DNA of 64,000 nt from Candidatus Bathyarchaeia archaeon (GTDB lineage Archaea; Thermoproteota; Bathyarchaeia; 40CM-2-53-6). A model generated the notes under the pieces. The model worked only from the letters and a program-made list of their open reading frames with translations, had not been told where the DNA came from and ran no database searches. Positions 10,972-21,173 of the stretch are shown one piece after another. The stretch spans positions 64,001-128,000 of the forward strand of contig JBEKSC010000004.1 of the NCBI GenBank assembly GCA_049517415.1, read 5' to 3'. A program made the position numbers and the translations under genes. The number at the start of each line of letters is the position of its first letter. Positions within the stretch are counted from its first letter, which is position 1.

Positions 10972-12066
10972 TCAGGGCCGCTGAAACGGATGTGAGAGCA
11001 TGAAGCCCGGTCCGCGCCGAGCTATGGGATGATAGATTTTGCCCAAGCCTAACCTTAGTTCGATGCTCCAAGGGATTAAACTCCGCTTAAGCTCCGAATC
11101 GGGGAAGCGTCGGGATCTCTGAATTCTTCTTCGCTCTAGAACTGTATCTTTGAGTTGCCGCAGATTCCAAATGTAAGCGGATAACACGGCACGAACCTCT
11201 TTTGCGTCTTTATCGACGATTACGGCGTATCCTATGTGAAGTATTTTTAGAATTGCGAGAGTAGGAAATATGGTTACAAGCGTTCTCACTTGGTAATTCT
11301 TTAGCAGTGTTCGGAACCGGTTACGTTCCCACAACCCGATTATCCCGCTGCGACCACTTGCCATCATCGTTCCCATATGGTGGTGGTAAACTACCGACCT
11401 GGGATTGTACGCAATCTTGTGGCCCCTTAAGATGAGACGCCACGAGAAGTCTACGTCCTCGTGATAGATCATGTAAGTTTCGTCAAGATATCCGATTTCA
11501 TCAAATACGGATTTCCTGACAATGGCGGCTCCGAGACACCCATAGGGCACATAACAGGGTTGGTCGTATTGGCCTCGGTCCACTTCACCTATGCCTCGAT
11601 TGTAGGCAAAGCCGTAGTAGTCGCATGCGCCTCCGGTTGAGTTGAGTCGTCCATGGAAATCGTACATTTTCGGCACCGTCATAGCGACATTTGGGTCTTG
11701 GTGGTCCTTCATTAGGATGTTGAGCCAATTGGGAGTAACCTTCATGTCATTGTTGAGTAAGCAGACGAAGGGTGCGTTAGATTTGCTGACCGCAAAATTA
11801 AGGGCTCGAGAAAACCCCAGGTTAGTTCCCATCTCAATTAATTTCACGTTTGGATAGTTTTTTCGAACAAAATCCTGAGAGCCATCGGTGGAGCCATTAT
11901 CAACAACATGGACTGTGAAATTAGGCCATGTCATTTTGAAGAGTGATGGTAATATTCGCTTTAAGTGGTTTTGACCATTGTAATTCAGGACGAAGACATC
12001 GATCTTAGGACTAGCGTACCTTTGCTTTCCACTATGCGTTGTTCTTCTCTGTTGGCTCATGTCCAA
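10972..12066 (-). CDS. Glycosyltransferase family 2
   Basis: 'VVDNGSTDGS', 'LLNND', 'EDVDFSWR' motifs. Confidence 0.95.
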   Translation of the reverse strand: MDMSQQRRTTHSGKQRYASPKIDVFVLNYNGQNHLKRILPSLFKMTWPNFTVHVVDNGSTDGSQDFVRKNYPNVKLIEMGTNLGFSRALNFAVSKSNAPFVCLLNNDMKVTPNWLNILMKDHQDPNVAMTVPKMYDFHGRLNSTGGACDYYGFAYNRGIGEVDRGQYDQPCYVPYGCLGAAIVRKSVFDEIGYLDETYMIYHEDVDFSWRLILRGHKIAYNPRSVVYHHHMGTMMASGRSGIIGLWERNRFRTLLKNYQVRTLVTIFPTLAILKILHIGYAVIVDKDAKEVRAVLSAYIWNLRQLKDTVLERRRIQRSRRFPDSELKRSLIPWSIELRLGLGKIYHPIARRGPGFMLSHPFQRP

Positions 12067-12128
12067 ACCGCGGTCTCTCCGTTTTGGGAGGGCCTGATAG
12101 ATTTCAGGCGCAAGTTGTGCATTTCACA

Positions 12129-13136
12129 TCAGATTGATTGCTCGATCCAAACCTTGGGGGCGTTCTTGGTTATTTCAAGCGGCAGCGTATACGTCGGCTC
12201 CTGTTGTCCCATGACCCTTGCCCATTCAATCATCTTCTGGAGCCCGTTCCTGAGCGGATGGCGAGTCTGGTAGTCTAGGAGTTTCATTGATTTCTCAGCC
12301 GTGCTGTAGGCATATTTCACGTCGTTTGGTCGCGCCGGGACCTTTTCAGGCTTCAATGTGGTTCCAGTAAGTTCGAGGACTAATCTGCATGCTTCATTGA
12401 TAGTGACTGCCTCTTCGCTGCCCAAGTTAATGATTTGACCTTGTGCCTTAGCGTAGAAGCCTGCATTTGCAAGAGCCGGCGTGATGTCCTCTATGTAAGA
12501 GAACGCGCGCTTCTGCTCGCCATCGCCATAAATTAGAGGGTTCTTACCCCTCATGATCCGGTTGATCCAAATGCCCAACACGTTCCTGTATGGATCAGCG
12601 ATGTTCTGCTTGGCGCCATACACATTATGCGGACGAACAATCACATATTCGAGCCCGTAGACTCGGCTAAAAATTTCTAACATATTCTCACAGTACGCTT
12701 TGGCCGCACCGTAGGGATCTTCAGGCCGGCGTGGAAGGTCCTCGCCGAAGGGCGGTTTTTGGTCTCCGTACACCGCCATAGACGAAGTAAAGACAAATCT
12801 CTTGACGCCGTGGTTGACCGCGGATACTAGCAGGTTGTTCATGGGAGCTATGTTGATTTCATTTATCGCTATTGGCGAGAAAACCGACTGGCCTTCTGCG
12901 GCGTATGCTGCCAAATGGAAAATCACATCCACACCTTGACCAACGATGGCTTCAACTTGTTCCTTTTTTGTGAGGTCGGCTTTCACAAACTTGCAGCCGG
13001 GATTGACATTTTCTTGTTTTCCACCCAACAGGTTGTCTGCTGCAATAACCTCGTTTCCCCTATTGAGAAGTTCGTCTCCGAGCCATGAACCCATGAAGCC
13101 GGCTCCGCCAGTGACGAGAATACGACTAGTAGCCAA
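12129..13136 (-). CDS. NAD-dependent epimerase/dehydratase
   Basis: TGGAGFMG, SSMAVYG and YGAAK SDR motifs. Confidence 0.95.
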   Translation of the reverse strand: MATSRILVTGGAGFMGSWLGDELLNRGNEVIAADNLLGGKQENVNPGCKFVKADLTKKEQVEAIVGQGVDVIFHLAAYAAEGQSVFSPIAINEINIAPMNNLLVSAVNHGVKRFVFTSSMAVYGDQKPPFGEDLPRRPEDPYGAAKAYCENMLEIFSRVYGLEYVIVRPHNVYGAKQNIADPYRNVLGIWINRIMRGKNPLIYGDGEQKRAFSYIEDITPALANAGFYAKAQGQIINLGSEEAVTINEACRLVLELTGTTLKPEKVPARPNDVKYAYSTAEKSMKLLDYQTRHPLRNGLQKMIEWARVMGQQEPTYTLPLEITKNAPKVWIEQSI

Positions 13137-13286
13137 ATGACCAACACCGCCTACGCCTAAGGTGTGTTCCGTGATATAACATGATGAGTCTACGCAATGC
13201 GGCTAACCTGCGATATTTCTTGTTTCCCTGGCAACCTTACACAGTCCCGTCTGTTAGGCCTCTAGATATCCAACAGGGTAGCTTAC

Positions 13287-14624
13287 CTAACTTTCCGGTC
13301 CCAGCCCGATCGCCCTAACGTGTACTCCAGCCGATCTGAAAATCGCCAGGTCCAAGAAACGTCTGCCATCAATGACAAATGGTTGACGCATCTTCTTGAT
13401 GTAGACTTCTGGACGGATTTTCTTGAACTCGGGCCACTCGGTTATGAGAATGCAGCAGTCGGCTTGTTCGAGGCAATCGGAACTGCCAGTTGCATATTCA
13501 ACCCTGTTTCCGAATATTCGCCGAGCATTTTCCATGGCTTCTGGATCCCAGACTGCAACGGTTGCCCGTTCGTTTAGGAAGTTGTTGATGATTGGCACGG
13601 AGACAGCTTCTCGCATATCGTCGGTCTCTGGTTTGAACGCTAGCCCCAACACTGCGATGCGTTTTCCTCCTAACGAACCCAAGAAGTGTTTCGCGAATTG
13701 GACTGCTTTCTCAGCCTGTTTCTTGTTTGTCTCAACAGTCGCCCGGATCAAATCCGCGCCGTATCCAAGCCCTCGGCTAAAGCTGAGTAGGGCTTCGAGA
13801 TCCTTTGGAAAGCACGACCCGCCCCAACCTAACCCTGCGTCAAGGAACTGGTGCCCTATCCGTTTATCCAATCCTATGCCCGCCGCTATAGGTTTGACAT
13901 CCGCGTGCGGGACGAGTTCCGCTATATTTGCTATGCAATTGATGAAACTGATTTTAGTGGCCAAGAAGGCATTGTTCGCATACTTTGTTAGCTCTGCATT
14001 CTCGAAGTCGGTCCTTATTACCGGAGGAATCTTGGGCCCGTGAAATTTCTTGTAGAATCGTTCAAGTCTACGCATAGCAGCAAGGTCATCACTTCCAATC
14101 ACTATCCGGTCTGGAAATTCCGTATCATAGATAGCGTTTCCTTCTCGTAGGAATTCAGGGTTTGAGCAAACTGAGAAGTCAATCTCCGGCGTCTTTTGAG
14201 ATTCCCGTTGAATGGTTGCCTTGACTACGTTACGGGCGGTGCCGGGCGTTACTGTGCTCTTGATTACTACGAGCTGATATTTGGCCGCGCCCCGCAGCGA
14301 CTGTCCGATCATTTCCGCTGCCTTCTCGACGTATGACAGATCTATTCCACCTTCAGCTCGACTCGGTGTACTCACCGCGATGTAGGCTAGGTCAGAACTC
14401 GAATTCAATGTAGAGTCCTGTGTTACCAGCAGCGTTCGTTTCTTCAATGCATGATCAAGATATTCCCTCAATTTAGGCTCGTAGAATGGAGGGACGCCTT
14501 TTTGGAGCATTTCGATTACGCGTGGATTCGGATCGATCCCGATGACTTTGAGCCCATGCTTTGCAAAGGACGTTGCCATTACTAGCCCGACGCGGCCTAG
14601 ACCGAATATGGAAATTCTTCGCAT
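13287..14624 (-). CDS. ugd: UDP-glucose 6-dehydrogenase
   Basis: GLGRVG, NPEFLREG, GGSCFPKD, GLAFKP; ATG at 14624 fits the family N-terminus better than the longer ORF. Confidence 0.95.
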   Translation of the reverse strand: MRRISIFGLGRVGLVMATSFAKHGLKVIGIDPNPRVIEMLQKGVPPFYEPKLREYLDHALKKRTLLVTQDSTLNSSSDLAYIAVSTPSRAEGGIDLSYVEKAAEMIGQSLRGAAKYQLVVIKSTVTPGTARNVVKATIQRESQKTPEIDFSVCSNPEFLREGNAIYDTEFPDRIVIGSDDLAAMRRLERFYKKFHGPKIPPVIRTDFENAELTKYANNAFLATKISFINCIANIAELVPHADVKPIAAGIGLDKRIGHQFLDAGLGWGGSCFPKDLEALLSFSRGLGYGADLIRATVETNKKQAEKAVQFAKHFLGSLGGKRIAVLGLAFKPETDDMREAVSVPIINNFLNERATVAVWDPEAMENARRIFGNRVEYATGSSDCLEQADCCILITEWPEFKKIRPEVYIKKMRQPFVIDGRRFLDLAIFRSAGVHVRAIGLGPES

Positions 14625-14627
14625 GTC

Positions 14628-14755
14628 CCTCACAAATCCAACTTCCAATGAAACCAGCGCCACCTGTAACCAATATAGTTGGCCCTCTGAACGATTAAAC
14701 CCCACTAAGGCTTTCTTGGAATGCTTCGATGCTACCCTTAACGGACGGATCCGAA
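14628..14755 (-). pseudogene. 5' remnant of a nucleotide-sugar epimerase/decarboxylase gene
   Basis: Reads 'TILVTGGAGFIGSWICE' and then runs into the ugd start; in-frame stop upstream. Confidence 0.7.
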
Positions 14756-14759
14756 ATGC

Positions 14760-15638
14760 TCAGGTCCGTACCGAACCTGTCTTCGCCGTGGCGTTGCGAT
14801 AGGACAGCTCCAGTGCTTCCCAATATGTCTCAGGCGTTCCGATGTCCAAGCGCAGGTCCTCTGGTTGTAGGCTGACTGCCTGAACGTTGTGTCCCGACTC
14901 CAATAGACCCTGAATGGCGTCCGTCAGCTGAATCTCTCCCAGCTGATCCCTCTTGGTTTTCCTAAGGGATTCGAAAATAGTTCCGTTGAAGATGTAAAGG
15001 GGCATGATAGCCAATTTGCTCTTTGGGTGCGTCGGTTTCTCCTCGACGCCCAACACCTGCTGTCCTGTGCTTGATGCGCGTACCTCCGCTATCCCATAGC
15101 CTCTCGGGTCTTCCACTTGTTGAATTGTAAGAGTCGCATCTGCAACATTGTTGAAGTGCGCATGAAGTAGACGTGATTGTATTGGGATCGAGGCCGAAGT
15201 TATGTAAGTGTCCCCTGCGTGCACAAAGAATGTTTCAGAATCAACTAATGGCTCGGCTAGAAGAACAGCGTGGCCGAATCCCTGAGGTTCAGGCTGATTC
15301 ACCCAAACTATTGTTGATTTATCGATTCTATCGTAAAATCGCTCCAACTGCAGCGCTTGGGCAGTCTTACCGTGTGTGTTCAGCCCCATAACATAGTCTC
15401 GGTCAGGGGTAAAGTGATCCTCGATCGCACGTTTCTCCTTACCAACGACGAAGCAAAATTCCCTCAGGCCTAGCTCGAACATTTGCTCGAATATCTGTTG
15501 GACAGCTGGCTTTAGGCATAGAATCCCGTCGTCTGAGGCGAACAGTGGCAGCATCTCCTTGGGTTGTTCTTTCGTGGCGGAAAGGAGACGCGTCCCCAGA
15601 CCCGCAGCTGGGATGACTGCCTTTGAAACTTCGCCCAT
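14760..15638 (-). CDS. galU: UTP-glucose-1-phosphate uridylyltransferase
   Basis: 'KAVIPAAGLGTRL', PKEMLP, 'EEKP', 'GEIQLTDAI'. Confidence 0.9.
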   Translation of the reverse strand: MGEVSKAVIPAAGLGTRLLSATKEQPKEMLPLFASDDGILCLKPAVQQIFEQMFELGLREFCFVVGKEKRAIEDHFTPDRDYVMGLNTHGKTAQALQLERFYDRIDKSTIVWVNQPEPQGFGHAVLLAEPLVDSETFFVHAGDTYITSASIPIQSRLLHAHFNNVADATLTIQQVEDPRGYGIAEVRASSTGQQVLGVEEKPTHPKSKLAIMPLYIFNGTIFESLRKTKRDQLGEIQLTDAIQGLLESGHNVQAVSLQPEDLRLDIGTPETYWEALELSYRNATAKTGSVRT

Positions 15639-15830
15639 GACTCCCATTTTCGGTGACACTGCTTGTTCTTCTCGATGACACACTCTAAATACGCTATATG
15701 AATACTACTCGAAATGCGCTCAACGTTGGATATAGAATGATCTTCTCAAATTGGGTAGCGATTGACTTCCATCAAACTACTCTCGGTAGCGGCGCTTACG
15801 CTAGGGAGTGTTGCGTGCGGAAAAATAGTC

Positions 15831-16220
15831 CTAGTACGCTGATTCCCACAGGTCTACGGAATATTCGATGAAGTACCAGCCTGGGTACCAGTTTCCGGCT
15901 AGGATCGTGCTGTGTATGTCCCCCATTTTAGCGTTGAACGTCGTTACGCCATCTTGCATGTCGAATAGTCTCGTTACGCCGTCGCGCAAGCGTCGCAGCT
16001 TCGCCAGCTCATTGGCTGCCCAGGCGATCGTTGTTGCTCTGATTTCTCCTGAAACGGTGGCAGTACGGCCTTTATTCCATGCCGTTGAAGGCGTCCAATG
16101 GTCTACGTTTCGCGCAGGCACCACAGTGTCAAGTAATACCTGGTTGGCAGCGAAGTCAACTTCCAGAACGTGTTGAAAGACGACCGGGCCGAATTGAACT
16201 TTCGTTTCGTCGTCAGCCAT
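15831..16220 (-). CDS. Putative distal tail-like virion protein
   Basis: Last gene of the tail module; resembles the C-terminal domain of 16220-18139 ('GR..T..G.....A.EL'). Confidence 0.55.
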   Translation of the reverse strand: MADDETKVQFGPVVFQHVLEVDFAANQVLLDTVVPARNVDHWTPSTAWNKGRTATVSGEIRATTIAWAANELAKLRRLRDGVTRLFDMQDGVTTFNAKMGDIHSTILAGNWYPGWYFIEYSVDLWESAY

Positions 16221-18139
16221 CAGTCTATCGCCTCTTGAGCCACGAAGGAGTAATTGTAGATCGCGCCATCTTCCGCCTTCTTAGGTTTAGGCACGGACGA
16301 TACGTAGGCGTAGAAACTCTCGCCTGTTGGTAGCATGAAGAAATGCTTCGTGTTGTTTGCTAAGCCAAGAATCATTGCAAGCTCGCCGGCCAAGTCCGTC
16401 GTCCAACCGGTGATCGTTAATTTTCGTCCCTTACCACCCTGGTAGACCTCATTAGGCAACCCGTCGCTCGCCGGCAGGTTCGTCATATTCACGAGCTCAT
16501 CTAACTGAACGGTGAGAACGTGGGAGAACGACGTTCCGTCCACGCTAAGTTGTCCCTGCATCGTGTAGGCGAGTTCAACCGCTAAACCGATCTCGGGAAC
16601 GATTGGCACTGGCCACGGTACAAGGATATATTCTGTGAACGTTCCACTATCCGTAGACTTCAATGAGGCAAGGACGGATTGAGTTATTTCCGTACCTTGA
16701 GTTGATTCTCCAGTCGTTATCAGAGGGCCAGGTGTAAGCTTCTCCGTACCTGTGCCTGTTTCATTGATTCCGGGGCCTCCAGAAACGCTGGATCCGTGCG
16801 CTCCAGAACCTGTTTCAGTGATGGTAAATGATGCTGTTAGGCCCCAGCCTTCAACACCTAACCCGGAGTCGGCAACGGTGAAGGTTACGCTGAGAGCTGG
16901 CAGGTCGGTGCCGGAGCCTGTTTCATTAATCGCTGGGCCTCCAACGGTGCTAAGTAATTCAGTCCCAGCTACAGACTCGAACACGTCAACCTCCGTGTAG
17001 ACGGCGACCGTGAACACTTCACTAAAGACGCCTTCCTCTAACACAACTGGCGAGTAGTAGGGTAGAACGCCGGTGGTCCTGATGTCCGTTTCCGTGTAAG
17101 TGCCAACCTCAGTCACAGTCAAAATGTAGGTGGGGAAATCGTTTTCCGATCCGATGCCGCTTTCAGCCGCAATCGGCGTGTTGACGGGAGTAAGCGCTTC
17201 GGTACCGGTTCCACTCTCAGCAGGCGCTAGAACCGGTTGCAGAGACACCGTCAAATCAGTGCCTGTACCAGCCTCAGATGTGGAGATGAAATTTATCGCT
17301 TTGAATGTGGCGATGACCGCCACTCGATTGGCTTGGGCTCCTGAGTCGGTGTATGTGGTACTTTGTGTTCCGGTTGAAGTCACAATCTTATACATGTAAG
17401 CGCTGGTGGCAACATTAGACCCACCTGTACCGTCAAGCAACGTGTAACCGTTGCTTGGGCTTGATATTGAGGTCGCTCCTCCGTTCCAAGTTCCGGCGCT
17501 GACTACCACTAATTCATTGGCGAACGTTGTTGCGCCACTTGTTGAAATCGTTACGGGCGACGTGACATTCGCTACGGTCCCGTTTTGGTCTACTGGACTT
17601 ACTGTCGTTATGCCTGACCATTCGCAAACGTTGACTACTGCCAAACTGGCTGGATTGCCGCTTAGAGTCACGGTTATTGACTTAGAGGTCCCGCTACCAA
17701 TTAGCCCCCACCACAGTTCGCATTGTTCCCCAAAATTGGAGATCGAATTAACGTAAGTCCAAGTTACACCGGTTTGAGTTATGCCGGTGACAGCGAGATT
17801 CGTGCCACTGTTACCGCTGTTATTCGCGATAGCCAATATGAGTAAGTTACCGTTCGTAGGTGTACTGCCAAGTAAATTGGTGAATACAAGCGGGCTACTG
17901 GTCCCTGTGCCTCGATATGGACCTTGAACGAGAACGATGTTTGCTGCTGCGCCTCGAAGAAAAATTAGTCCCAGAATAGCGTCGCGCAGAAATTTCTCGT
18001 ATGCTTTCTCGTTCCAAGATGTAACGGGGTAGAGGATGGTTTGCTCGTACCCGACAGCGAGGGCTAGAATAGCGAGAGTTTGGACGAGATGCCTACGGCT
18101 AGTACCTCCATAGCATCTACTCTCCGACAAGGTTACCAC
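16220..18139 (-). CDS. Virion tail tip/fibre protein with E-x-G-x-G-x-E repeats
   Basis: 'GNLLILAI' beta domain, repeated 'E(S/T)G(T/S)GT(D/E)' units, position in the tail module; start uncertain. Confidence 0.7.
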   Translation of the reverse strand: MVTLSESRCYGGTSRRHLVQTLAILALAVGYEQTILYPVTSWNEKAYEKFLRDAILGLIFLRGAAANIVLVQGPYRGTGTSSPLVFTNLLGSTPTNGNLLILAIANNSGNSGTNLAVTGITQTGVTWTYVNSISNFGEQCELWWGLIGSGTSKSITVTLSGNPASLAVVNVCEWSGITTVSPVDQNGTVANVTSPVTISTSGATTFANELVVVSAGTWNGGATSISSPSNGYTLLDGTGGSNVATSAYMYKIVTSTGTQSTTYTDSGAQANRVAVIATFKAINFISTSEAGTGTDLTVSLQPVLAPAESGTGTEALTPVNTPIAAESGIGSENDFPTYILTVTEVGTYTETDIRTTGVLPYYSPVVLEEGVFSEVFTVAVYTEVDVFESVAGTELLSTVGGPAINETGSGTDLPALSVTFTVADSGLGVEGWGLTASFTITETGSGAHGSSVSGGPGINETGTGTEKLTPGPLITTGESTQGTEITQSVLASLKSTDSGTFTEYILVPWPVPIVPEIGLAVELAYTMQGQLSVDGTSFSHVLTVQLDELVNMTNLPASDGLPNEVYQGGKGRKLTITGWTTDLAGELAMILGLANNTKHFFMLPTGESFYAYVSSVPKPKKAEDGAIYNYSFVAQEAID

Positions 18140-18194
18140 GGCTTGAAATCGTGAGGGTGCTGAGCTGAAAGAAACTCAGCGAAGGAAAGAAAGC

Positions 18195-18826
18195 TTAGGC
18201 TAACGTGATCTGCACAGTAGCGATCCAGGAAGCTGCGGCCTTCAACTTATGTATTGAAGGTTTCCGCTAACCTTAGTGCCCATCGCTTGCTGCGCACGGT
18301 CCAGCATCGTTCCGCCACCGGCAGCCGCGTTGAAGATACCGATTTCATTCCACGCATAGTCGGCGACGGCGCTGGCAAAGGTTGCCTGCCAAGTCGCCAG
18401 CTGCGAAGATCCGAAAGTCGGGTATCCTCCATTCATGGCTGCGTATGCTTTGTTCGTGCTGGCTTGAAGTGCGACCTGTGTTGCTACTGCCGCGCTTGTG
18501 CTATCACCCACACCGATGTACGCGTTGACATTGTTGAATAGAGTTGCACCCGTCCCGGCTACTAGAGTCCAAAGTATGTTGATTCCAGCGTTCAGAAGGC
18601 AGTTGCCGCGGAATCGTTTGATGGCCAGTAATGTGTCGAACTGTCGCATGATCTCGTCTAGCCCTACGCCGTCTATGGCTGCGCGAGCCACACGGTCCTT
18701 GGGGTCCCTGAATTTGTGGATCGTGAACTGCGAATAGTGCTGGGCGTAGTCGTGTGCGCCGTATCGTTGGGCGACGCGGATGGCGGCTCTTGCAATAGCC
18801 CGATCTACTAGGTTCTGGCCTGTCAA
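18195..18826 (-). CDS. Minor tail protein, spliced (join 18826-18262, 18232-18195), 200 aa
   Basis: 'YIGVGD', 'ATF...A.YAWNEIGIFNAA.GG.ML.R' tail-protein pattern; intron removal gives C-terminus GTKVSGTSWIATVQITLA-stop. Confidence 0.8.
18233..18261 (-). other. 29-nt BHB intron in mRNA
   Basis: GCGG AA|A CCUUCAA-loop-UUGAAGG CCGC AG|C; removal restores the frame. Confidence 0.85.
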
Positions 18827-19008
18827 GTTCCCCCACCCTCCACATAGCGAGCGAGTTCTGCGATCACTGCGTTAGCGCTCATCATTAGGGCAGCAGAAAC
18901 AGGGCCCAGTTTCAGTGTGCCGTCTTGACTTGTCAGTATCAAGTTGCCGTTGACGTCCGACTGGAGAGTCCAATCGGCGTTCTGGACTGCGAAATTAAAA
19001 TAGCTCAT
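18823..19008 (-). CDS. Small viral hypothetical protein
   Basis: GGAGG RBS, stop overlaps the next start. Confidence 0.65.
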   Translation of the reverse strand: MSYFNFAVQNADWTLQSDVNGNLILTSQDGTLKLGPVSAALMMSANAVIAELARYVEGGGT

Positions 19009-19084
19009 AGAAATTTTTCCTCCACTTCCCTATCTACTTGTAAGGCGCTGCTGTTAGGAGGCGCCATCATTCAGTAACGAATGA

Positions 19085-21172
19085 TTATGCTGCCAGGGTG
19101 ATTCCGGCGCTGAGGTCGCTTAGCATTCGGCTTGAGGTTTCGTCAAGCTCCCACAGTTGAGGCATACGCCGGTTCAGGTCGATTGTGGCAATCGTCGGGT
19201 CACTTAGATCCCGCTGAATGCGAACCACGGTGTATAGGCCAGCTAACCCGAGGTCGGGAATGTTGACGGTAATCGAATCCTCAGGCCCGAAAGTGTCTGG
19301 AGGATTCGTGTCTCTCACAGTTATTTGGGCGATGAGTTCGGTGTTTTCGGAATCCGCGAGCATAGCCTGACAGGCTATGGCTAGGGTGGTTGCGTCGGTG
19401 ACGGTTTTCTGGAATGCCACCTGTTCAATTAAGCCGTATTTGTTGATGCTATCGCTGTCACTTTGAATGCTGACTATACCGTTTCCAACCAGGTACATTC
19501 GGTTGCCCATCGTGGAGAAATCTAGTTCACTCGTTGAGTCACCCACCGTATCGCCTTCATTGAAGGCAACGTTCGATGTGCCGCCTCCGAACTGCGAGGC
19601 GAAGTCAAGGGTCAAGTTCGGGTTGACTCGGTACGTCCAACCAATGAGGCCGCAAACCTGCTGGATCGCAGCGCGAAGCGTAACATCAGTGAAAAGTACG
19701 CTTGGTAACGTGATGCCCGTAGTGCCTAGCTGTCCCACCATTATGCCGCATTGGTAATTGGTTAGTAGGCTGTTGATGATGAACTCTGGGCTTGCCGCAA
19801 GAAACTCCGCTTCCTGAATTATTCGGGTGTCTAAGAGTTTGGAGGCGTCAGAACCTGAAAGAGTAATCTTGTACGAGCTGCCTATAGTTCGCTTAATATC
19901 CTCTAGGAGTCCAGCGTACTCTAAGACACCGTACCGATAGACCCGAACGATTCCCCGCGGCGTAAGCGTTGGATAATAACGCGGCAGGTCGAACGTGAAG
20001 GTTTCGATCTTCTGCTGATAGTTCTGCCCGTAATGACTTGTGCCACCGGTTCCACCCACATAGGAATACGGGCAGCCCTCAACGTATAGTTGGAAAGGCT
20101 GCGTTTCATCCGGTCCCTCAGCATCGTAGAATACGTGAACGTTGACGAAGCCGGTTGCAGCGCCCACGGTAGCGTCGCCCGTCCAAGTTGCTTGAACCAC
20201 AGCGAGGCCCGGGGTGGTCGAGGTGAGGGATACGACCGCTAACCCAGCGGCGCTTGTGGTCGCACTTGCCGCGCTGAGTGTTCCGAGGGAGGTTGAGAAG
20301 TTAATTGTTTTACTAGGATACGGTAACTTGGTAGCTAAATTGATCAGCGTAGCCGTGATAACTGCAGTTGTCGGCTGGGCTTTGGATGGGGCGTTCTTCT
20401 GGTAAATCTGAAAATTATCCACGGTGAGACTCAACGTTTGAAGCGGTGTCCAATTCCAAACGTCGCCGCCACACATTGTTTGAGGCTGCGTCTGCTCAAC
20501 TAAAGTTGAACCATCGGCGGCGTAGACCATCGCGTATATTTGCGCGGGCAAAGCAGCCCAAACACTCGCAAGACTGATGACGACTGATGTGGCGTTACCA
20601 GCACAGGTGGCAGACCCGACTAAGCCACCGCCGGGTCCAGCCGTGTAGAGTGAAACTTTCTGACCGCCAGCTAACCCAGTTATAGTTACATTGTTAGACG
20701 AGTAGATCAGTAGGTCCTCGACAGCGATCTCTACGCTTTGGCCAGAAGTATCGGGGCTAAGGGCGAAAGCGTAACCGATCTGAATTTGTTGCGTACCACC
20801 CGGTAGAGTACCCTGTATGCCTGTCCAAGCTGCTTCACCAACGGTACCGAAACTGGTGCTTCCCACTTTAAGTGCGGCAACGTTCGACCTACCTGCAGCT
20901 GGCGGAATTGGCGTCTTGTAATTCAGCCGGAAAACTGCGCCGGTTCCGAGGTTGAAGGACTGATAGAAGTAAGCGTAGGCTTCGAAGCACGCGTAGAAAA
21001 GAGCCCACGCGTTGCCGTTGCTGAACGCCGTAGTCTCAAAGAAACCTGGGACGGTGCATGTTCCCAGACTATAATTATCGTTGGGCGTATCCCAAATGGT
21101 GGTTTTCCAATTACCGAGCGAACTTAAATCGCTACTGTAAATGATGCCCGAGGACCGCTGTGTGAGCGTCAA
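19085..21172 (-). CDS. Tail tip/baseplate hub protein with an Ig-like (Big-1) domain
   Basis: Follows the tape measure gene; 'TINFSTSLGTL...TT...G.A.V.LTS..PG' Ig-like segment; hub-like C-terminal half. Confidence 0.7.
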   Translation of the reverse strand: MTLTQRSSGIIYSSDLSSLGNWKTTIWDTPNDNYSLGTCTVPGFFETTAFSNGNAWALFYACFEAYAYFYQSFNLGTGAVFRLNYKTPIPPAAGRSNVAALKVGSTSFGTVGEAAWTGIQGTLPGGTQQIQIGYAFALSPDTSGQSVEIAVEDLLIYSSNNVTITGLAGGQKVSLYTAGPGGGLVGSATCAGNATSVVISLASVWAALPAQIYAMVYAADGSTLVEQTQPQTMCGGDVWNWTPLQTLSLTVDNFQIYQKNAPSKAQPTTAVITATLINLATKLPYPSKTINFSTSLGTLSAASATTSAAGLAVVSLTSTTPGLAVVQATWTGDATVGAATGFVNVHVFYDAEGPDETQPFQLYVEGCPYSYVGGTGGTSHYGQNYQQKIETFTFDLPRYYPTLTPRGIVRVYRYGVLEYAGLLEDIKRTIGSSYKITLSGSDASKLLDTRIIQEAEFLAASPEFIINSLLTNYQCGIMVGQLGTTGITLPSVLFTDVTLRAAIQQVCGLIGWTYRVNPNLTLDFASQFGGGTSNVAFNEGDTVGDSTSELDFSTMGNRMYLVGNGIVSIQSDSDSINKYGLIEQVAFQKTVTDATTLAIACQAMLADSENTELIAQITVRDTNPPDTFGPEDSITVNIPDLGLAGLYTVVRIQRDLSDPTIATIDLNRRMPQLWELDETSSRMLSDLSAGITLAA

Positions 21173-21173
21173 C

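Noticed and set aside
18085..18125. Hairpin AGATGC..GCATCT at the 5' end of the 639-aa tail gene as an intron
   Set aside because: No 4-bp central helix with 3-nt bulges, and the frame is already open
20020..20080. 9-bp stem CTGCCCGTA/TACGGGCAG in the tail hub gene
   Set aside because: Flanks do not give BHB geometry
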